From positions 1,637 through 65,636 of the forward strand of contig CAISER010000025.1 in NCBI GenBank assembly GCA_903884375.1: a stretch of DNA of 64,000 nucleotides. Direction: 5' to 3'. Below are positions 59,535-64,000 of this stretch, one piece after another. Each line of letters opens with the position of its first letter. The stretch's first letter is position 1. Made by a program: the position numbers and the translations under genes. This DNA is from Candidatus Collierbacteria bacterium. GTDB lineage: Bacteria; Patescibacteriota; Microgenomatia; UBA1400; MFAQ01. The notes under the pieces were generated by a model. The model was not told where the DNA came from. It was given only the letters and a program-made list of their open reading frames with translations, and ran no database searches.

Positions 59535-60271
59535 TCTTGTGCAATTTGATTTACTAAATTAGCGATATAGCGAACGAAGGGAATATTGCGGTCATATTCC
59601 TGACGACTGGAGCCGATGATACCGAGACTGCCACGATGACCACCAATGTTTAGATCGGCAAAGACACAACTGGCAGGGCGAAGGAGGGTGATACCCATTT
59701 CGTCACCAACTAAAATATGAATTGGAGAGTTGTTTCCTGCCCGATTAAATATATCCAAAAGACGTTGGTGTTGATCTAATAGATAGAATACTTCTTTTGC
59801 GGTAGTAAAATCTTGAAACTCAATCTCATTAAAAATATTGGCATAACCGGCATGATACATTTGACCTTCTTCGGTGGTGGCGATACAAAGTGACTTGGTT
59901 CTTTCGGAGAGAACTTTGGTAGCTTCACGGAGAAGATCATCTCTGTTATAGCGATGATCCCAAACTCTTGATTTCACATTAACCTCTTCAGCAACAGAAA
60001 GATCTTTTTCTTTCATTAATTCATTAACATAAAACTTGATGGCCATGGGGGTGGGGATGCGACCGGCAGAGGTGTGTGGTTGGGTGAGAAAACCTTTTTC
60101 TTCCAGAACAGCCATTTCATTTCGAAGAGTTGCCGGAGATACACCAAGACGGTATTTGTTTTCCAGAGTGACCGAACCGACCGCTTCGGCAGTCTGGGTA
60201 AACTCTTCAACAATCGTTTTAATTATTTGTATCTGTCTTTCGGTTAGATCCATAATTTTTTTGTTTATCAC
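59528..60271 (-). CDS. hrcA: heat-inducible transcription repressor HrcA (short, 247 aa)
   Basis: N-terminal winged HTH LTERQIQIIKTIVEEF...VGSVTL and first gene of hrcA-grpE-dnaK-dnaJ operon; CIRCE-like operator just upstream. Confidence 0.85.
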   Translation of the reverse strand: MINKKIMDLTERQIQIIKTIVEEFTQTAEAVGSVTLENKYRLGVSPATLRNEMAVLEEKGFLTQPHTSAGRIPTPMAIKFYVNELMKEKDLSVAEEVNVKSRVWDHRYNRDDLLREATKVLSERTKSLCIATTEEGQMYHAGYANIFNEIEFQDFTTAKEVFYLLDQHQRLLDIFNRAGNNSPIHILVGDEMGITLLRPASCVFADLNIGGHRGSLGIIGSSRQEYDRNIPFVRYIANLVNQIAQEW

Positions 60272-60288
60272 TCTAGTTAGGAAAGTGA

Positions 60289-60315
60289 TTAGCAGTACTA
60301 TATCATGAGTGATAA
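60289..60315. promoter_or_regulatory. CIRCE-like HrcA operator: TTAGCAGTA-N9-GAGTGATAA (consensus TTAGCACTC-N9-GAGTGCTAA), 15/18 arm positions match with the canonical 9-nt spacer
   Basis: ttagcagtactatatcatgagtgataa read directly; overlaps -10 of the putative hrcA promoter; nested in a longer TTATCACTC...GAGTGATAA inverted repeat. Confidence 0.65.
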
Positions 60316-60326
60316 TTGGTCGTCAA
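60297..60326 (-). promoter_or_regulatory. putative sigma-70-type promoter of hrcA-grpE-dnaK-dnaJ: -35 TTGACG, 18-nt spacer, -10 TATAGT
   Basis: rc of plus strand 60297-60326 reads TTGACGaccaattatcactcatgaTATAGT. Confidence 0.45.
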
Positions 60327-60351
60327 GTCTTTTTTGTTGTAAAGTTATTTC

Positions 60352-61743
60352 ATGGCTAGAAAAAGTGAGTTGTTTAAAAGCTTGATACCGTTGATTTTTG
60401 GATTAATAGTGATAGTCATTGTGGTAGAAGTAATCCCAAACGCGGTTAAGTTGGTTAGCAAAGCTTCGGGACAAAAAGCTGATTTAGTTTTTAATCTTGA
60501 AGGTGTTATCGGAAAGATGCCTACACCTTGGAGAAACTTGGCACAGGGAGGAGAAGAACAGGGTGATATGATTTCCAAAGTAATACCGGAAGTTCGGGCA
60601 CTAAAACCTGAGTATATTCGTATTGACCATATATATGACGCATATAAAGTAGTATCCAGAAATGAGGGGCAGCTCGTTTATGACTGGTCGCGTCTTGATA
60701 GTGCAGTAGCTTCAATCATGGCAACTGGTGCTAAGCCATTTTTATCTTTGTCTTATATGCCGGAAGTTATTGCCAAAGGAGATATAGTGTCGGCAGCTCG
60801 TGACTGGAGTGAGTGGGGACAGGTAGTGGGAGCAACAATTCAACATTACAGTGGCATAAATCAAAAAAATATTGATGGCGTAATTTATGAAGTGTGGAAT
60901 GAACCTGATTTGTTTGGCGGTTTTAAAACATACGGAGAGAAAAATTATCTTGATATGTATGCCGCCTCGGCTCGAGCGGCCGCTAATGTTCGTGGAACAA
61001 ATTTATTTGAAATTGGAGGACCGGCAACTACCGGACTTTATCAAAACTGGCTGGAAAGATTAATTAAATTTGTGGAAGCTAATAGTTTGAGAATGGATTT
61101 TATTAGTTGGCATAAATACACAACCGATCTTGAACAGTTCGAAAAAGATGTTACTTCCGCTAGATCTTGGGCAGAAAACATTCCAGCATTAATAAATCTA
61201 AAGTACTACGTAACAGAGTGGGGTTTTGATAGTGAAAACAACAAAGGATATGACGAGAGAAGCGGAGCTATCCATTTATTGGCGGCAACTAGAACTATGG
61301 TGGGAACTGTCGACCGTGCCTTTGTATTTGAAATAAAAGATGGTCCGGGACCGGAAAAATACTGGGGGCGATGGGGAGTTCTCACCAATGAAAAATTCGG
61401 TACACCCGAGAAAAAGCCTCGATATGAAGCGATCGAGTTTATCAATAGCTTGTATCCGTATCGTATAAGCGTTTCCGGTGAAGGATCTTGGATTAAGAGT
61501 TTGGCAACAGCAAATGAAAATGGTGATATTAAAATTTTGGTGACCAACTACGATTCAAAGAACAGCCATGTTGAAGCAGTGCCAATAACTTTGGAAAATT
61601 TACCAAAGAGTAAGTTCACAATTGTTCGAGATAACTTTATGGGAGAAAGTAGAAGTTTAAAAGTGGCTACAACAAGTGCGACATGGAAAACCAGTGAGTA
61701 TTTTGAACCAAACTCGGCGGCAATATTTACGATAAATTTTTAA
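60352..61743 (+). CDS. membrane-anchored glycoside hydrolase, clan GH-A (GH39/GH5-like)
   Basis: N-terminal TM helix; catalytic acid/base motif EVWNEPDL and downstream nucleophile context VTEWGFD typical of clan GH-A (beta/alpha)8 glycosidases. Confidence 0.6.
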   Translation: MARKSELFKSLIPLIFGLIVIVIVVEVIPNAVKLVSKASGQKADLVFNLEGVIGKMPTPWRNLAQGGEEQGDMISKVIPEVRALKPEYIRIDHIYDAYKVVSRNEGQLVYDWSRLDSAVASIMATGAKPFLSLSYMPEVIAKGDIVSAARDWSEWGQVVGATIQHYSGINQKNIDGVIYEVWNEPDLFGGFKTYGEKNYLDMYAASARAAANVRGTNLFEIGGPATTGLYQNWLERLIKFVEANSLRMDFISWHKYTTDLEQFEKDVTSARSWAENIPALINLKYYVTEWGFDSENNKGYDERSGAIHLLAATRTMVGTVDRAFVFEIKDGPGPEKYWGRWGVLTNEKFGTPEKKPRYEAIEFINSLYPYRISVSGEGSWIKSLATANENGDIKILVTNYDSKNSHVEAVPITLENLPKSKFTIVRDNFMGESRSLKVATTSATWKTSEYFEPNSAAIFTINF

Positions 61744-61752
61744 GAAAATATA

Positions 61753-63522
61753 TTAGACCTTAACTACAGCGAGGAAAGCAGACTGGGGAAGTTGAACTTT
61801 GCCGAATTGTTTCATACGAGCTTTACCTTTTTTCTGTTTGTTTAAAAGTTTTAGATTTCTGGTAAAGTCGCCGCCATGGAGCTTAGCATCCACATCTTTT
61901 CTGTATGCTTTGATAGTTTCACGAGCAATAATTTGACCGCCGATGGCAACTTGAATGGGGATTTCGAATTGTTGACGAGGAATGGCTTCTCTCAGTTTTT
62001 CGGCAATAGCTTTAGCCTTAAAGCCCGATTTTTGCTTGACCGTAATAATGCTCATTGGAGTAAAGACTTCGTGATTTAACAATACATCCAGACGAACCAG
62101 CTCAGCTTTTTGCCAGCCGGAAAGTTCGTAGTCGAGGGAGGCAAAGCCTTGAGAGACACTTTTTAAACTATCGTGAAGTGCGGTAATGACTTCGATTAGA
62201 GGTAAGAGATAGTCGATTTCGACAAGCTGATCAAGATAGCTGACATTAGTCATATTGCCACGAAGATCTTGACAAAGTTGCATGACAGCACCGACATAAT
62301 TATCGGTTACCACAATTTTGACATTGGCCATTGGTTCATAACCCTCGGCGATAATAGCCGGGTCGGGAAAATCAGCTGCCGAACTAAAGATTTTCTCTAT
62401 GCCATTTCTTTGGACTACTTTATATTCAACTGATGGCGAAACGGCAATAACCGGTAAATTAAATTCACGTTCAAGACGTTCGCCAACAACTTCTGAATGT
62501 AATAACCCAAGGAAACCGACTTTAACACCTTGACCAAGGATAGGAGAGTTGATTCCTTGAGTAGTAAGAGCCGAGTCATTTAATTTTAGTTTTTCCAACG
62601 CATCAACTAAGTCTCTATATTGAGAACCATCAGATGGATACATATCCAAGTAAACATTGGGGTGAATTTTGCGGAAACCGGGGAGCGGAGTAACTTCTTT
62701 GCTTTGTGATGCCAAACAAAGAGTGTCCCCGACCAAAATACGACGAATATCTTTTAGACCAGTAATGATGTAACCAACATTCCCAGCAGTAATGATTTTT
62801 CTTTCTTCACGTTTGGGACTAAACACACCAATTTCGGATGCCATAATAACTTGACCAGAGTTTAAAAACTCCAGTTTGTCATTAGTATGAAGATCACCTG
62901 TAATGATACGGCAAAAGGCAATGACACCAAGATGAATATCGTAGACCGAGTTAAAAACGAGTGCTTGAAGAGGTTTGTCTTCCGTTTTTGGTGAAGGTAG
63001 GTCAGAAATTATCTTGTCTAGTAAATCGGCTACTCCCTCACCAGTTTTGGCGGAAACAAAAAAGGGTTCTGTGGAGATATTTAATAACTGTTTTATTTGC
63101 CTGGTGGCTGCGGCTACATCGGCAAGAGGAGCATCAATTTTATTGATGACAGGAATAATTGTAAGTCCTAAGTGTTTGGCAAGTCTTAGGTTGGCGACTG
63201 TTTGGGCTTGTACTCCTTTGGTGGCATCAACCAGAAGAATAGCGCCGTCACAGGCTTCTAGTGCCCTTTCGACTTCATAATTAAAATCCACATGTCCGGG
63301 AGTGTCGATAAGATTTAGAGTGAAACCTTTGTAATGCATGGTCACTGGAGCAAGTTTTATGGTGATGCCACGCTCTCTTTCAATGGGGTTGCTGTCGAGA
63401 AGCTGGGGAATGATTTTGTCTTTATCGACGGTTCCGGTAATTTCCAACATCCGGTCGGCCAAAGTGGATTTACCGGCATCAATATGGGCAATGATAGAAA
63501 AATTTCTGATTTTGTTTTCCAT
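61753..63522 (-). CDS. lepA: elongation factor 4 (LepA)
   Basis: FSIIAHIDAGKSTLADR G1 motif and LepA-specific C-terminal domain; 589 aa. Confidence 0.95.
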   Translation of the reverse strand: MENKIRNFSIIAHIDAGKSTLADRMLEITGTVDKDKIIPQLLDSNPIERERGITIKLAPVTMHYKGFTLNLIDTPGHVDFNYEVERALEACDGAILLVDATKGVQAQTVANLRLAKHLGLTIIPVINKIDAPLADVAAATRQIKQLLNISTEPFFVSAKTGEGVADLLDKIISDLPSPKTEDKPLQALVFNSVYDIHLGVIAFCRIITGDLHTNDKLEFLNSGQVIMASEIGVFSPKREERKIITAGNVGYIITGLKDIRRILVGDTLCLASQSKEVTPLPGFRKIHPNVYLDMYPSDGSQYRDLVDALEKLKLNDSALTTQGINSPILGQGVKVGFLGLLHSEVVGERLEREFNLPVIAVSPSVEYKVVQRNGIEKIFSSAADFPDPAIIAEGYEPMANVKIVVTDNYVGAVMQLCQDLRGNMTNVSYLDQLVEIDYLLPLIEVITALHDSLKSVSQGFASLDYELSGWQKAELVRLDVLLNHEVFTPMSIITVKQKSGFKAKAIAEKLREAIPRQQFEIPIQVAIGGQIIARETIKAYRKDVDAKLHGGDFTRNLKLLNKQKKGKARMKQFGKVQLPQSAFLAVVKV

Positions 63523-63530
63523 AGAGAATA

Positions 63531-64000
63531 TTAACTACCAGAAACCGGAGTCTCGATGACTTCATCGGTTTCAGCAAATACTTGTCTCCAGTTGCCTAGT
63601 TTCCCAAAAAGCCGTTGGACGTCAATGAATTGATTGATTTTGAGTAGATAAGCGAGACCAAAATAAACAGTAAGACCGGTGATACTAACAATTGCTGTCA
63701 GGATTAGAAGAGGAACGGTGCGAGTAGTGTCAAAAACGAATTGATCCAAGAGTTTCATGGGTATCCACAAAGCGATAGCAGTGAGAGAAGATACCAGAAG
63801 CATTTTGATTATTTCTTTGGTGATTTTTAAGCTTGGTAATCCAGCACGAATAACTAAGTAAAGAACAAAAAAGTTTAAAGCGTTGCTAAGACTCATGGCA
63901 AAACTCATACCCAACACTCCCCAGGCAAAGGTATCGGTAAACAAATATGACGATACAACGAAGAGAATTAAGGTGGCGATATTAATAATAAGAGGCGTCT
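63531..64000 (-). CDS. murJ: MOP-superfamily flippase (MurJ-like lipid II flippase), C-terminal portion; gene continues beyond the window end
   Basis: hydrophobic helices with MurJ-like C-terminal pattern; ORF-track start is a TTG and the frame stays open to position 64000. Confidence 0.5.
   Translation of the reverse strand, partial: TPLIINIATLILFVVSSYLFTDTFAWGVLGMSFAMSLSNALNFFVLYLVIRAGLPSLKITKEIIKMLLVSSLTAIALWIPMKLLDQFVFDTTRTVPLLILTAIVSITGLTVYFGLAYLLKINQFIDVQRLFGKLGNWRQVFAETDEVIETPVSGS

Noticed and set aside
1-64000. Searched all spacers over 60 nt for tRNA, rRNA, CRISPR repeats, IS inverted repeats and integrase/transposase genes
   Set aside because: None found; no direct-repeat arrays, no transposase-like ORFs, and no sequence with tRNA T-loop/anticodon architecture could be supported by eye.

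Overview
This 64 kb window reads as a streamlined bacterial chromosome segment. Gene content suggests a CPR/Patescibacteria-like organism: ribosomal protein L30 is absent, several core proteins are truncated, and cell-surface genes are present. This taxonomic call is an inference. Coding is almost entirely on the minus strand. From 33.7 kb down to 3.2 kb there is one contiguous minus-strand super-cluster. It fuses the rpoBC, str (rpsL, a frameshifted rpsG, fusA, tuf), S10, spc and alpha ribosomal operons. Three non-canonical insertions interrupt it: a DEAH-box helicase with a small orphan ORF between rpsG and fusA, and a 167-aa Cys-motif ORF behind an intrinsic-terminator hairpin between rplO and secY. 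The rplKAJL, nusG and secE genes that usually precede rpoB are replaced by an mltG, ruvX, sortase and FtsA/PilM-fusion cell-envelope cluster. The right half carries alaS, a ytxG/ytxH-like pair, rodZ, ftsK, rnj, then pnp-rpsO, a nusA-infB block with a degenerate DHH pseudo-enzyme, and the hrcA-grpE-dnaK-dnaJ operon. The hrcA operon has a recognisable CIRCE operator overlapping its promoter. It ends with a membrane-anchored clan GH-A glycosidase, lepA and a MurJ-like flippase that runs off the window. The most unusual locus is a 3.7 kb accessory island at 45.7-49.4 kb between rnj and pnp. It holds an orphan ATP-grasp ligase (the only plus-strand gene in about 45 kb), a Lon-derived AAA+ ATPase lacking both the N-terminal and protease domains, and a membrane-anchored protein with about 32 cysteines. 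The left edge carries a convergent secreted CHAP-like peptidase, a UDP-xylose synthase and a CapA-like phosphoesterase. I could not support any tRNA, rRNA, CRISPR array or mobile element.
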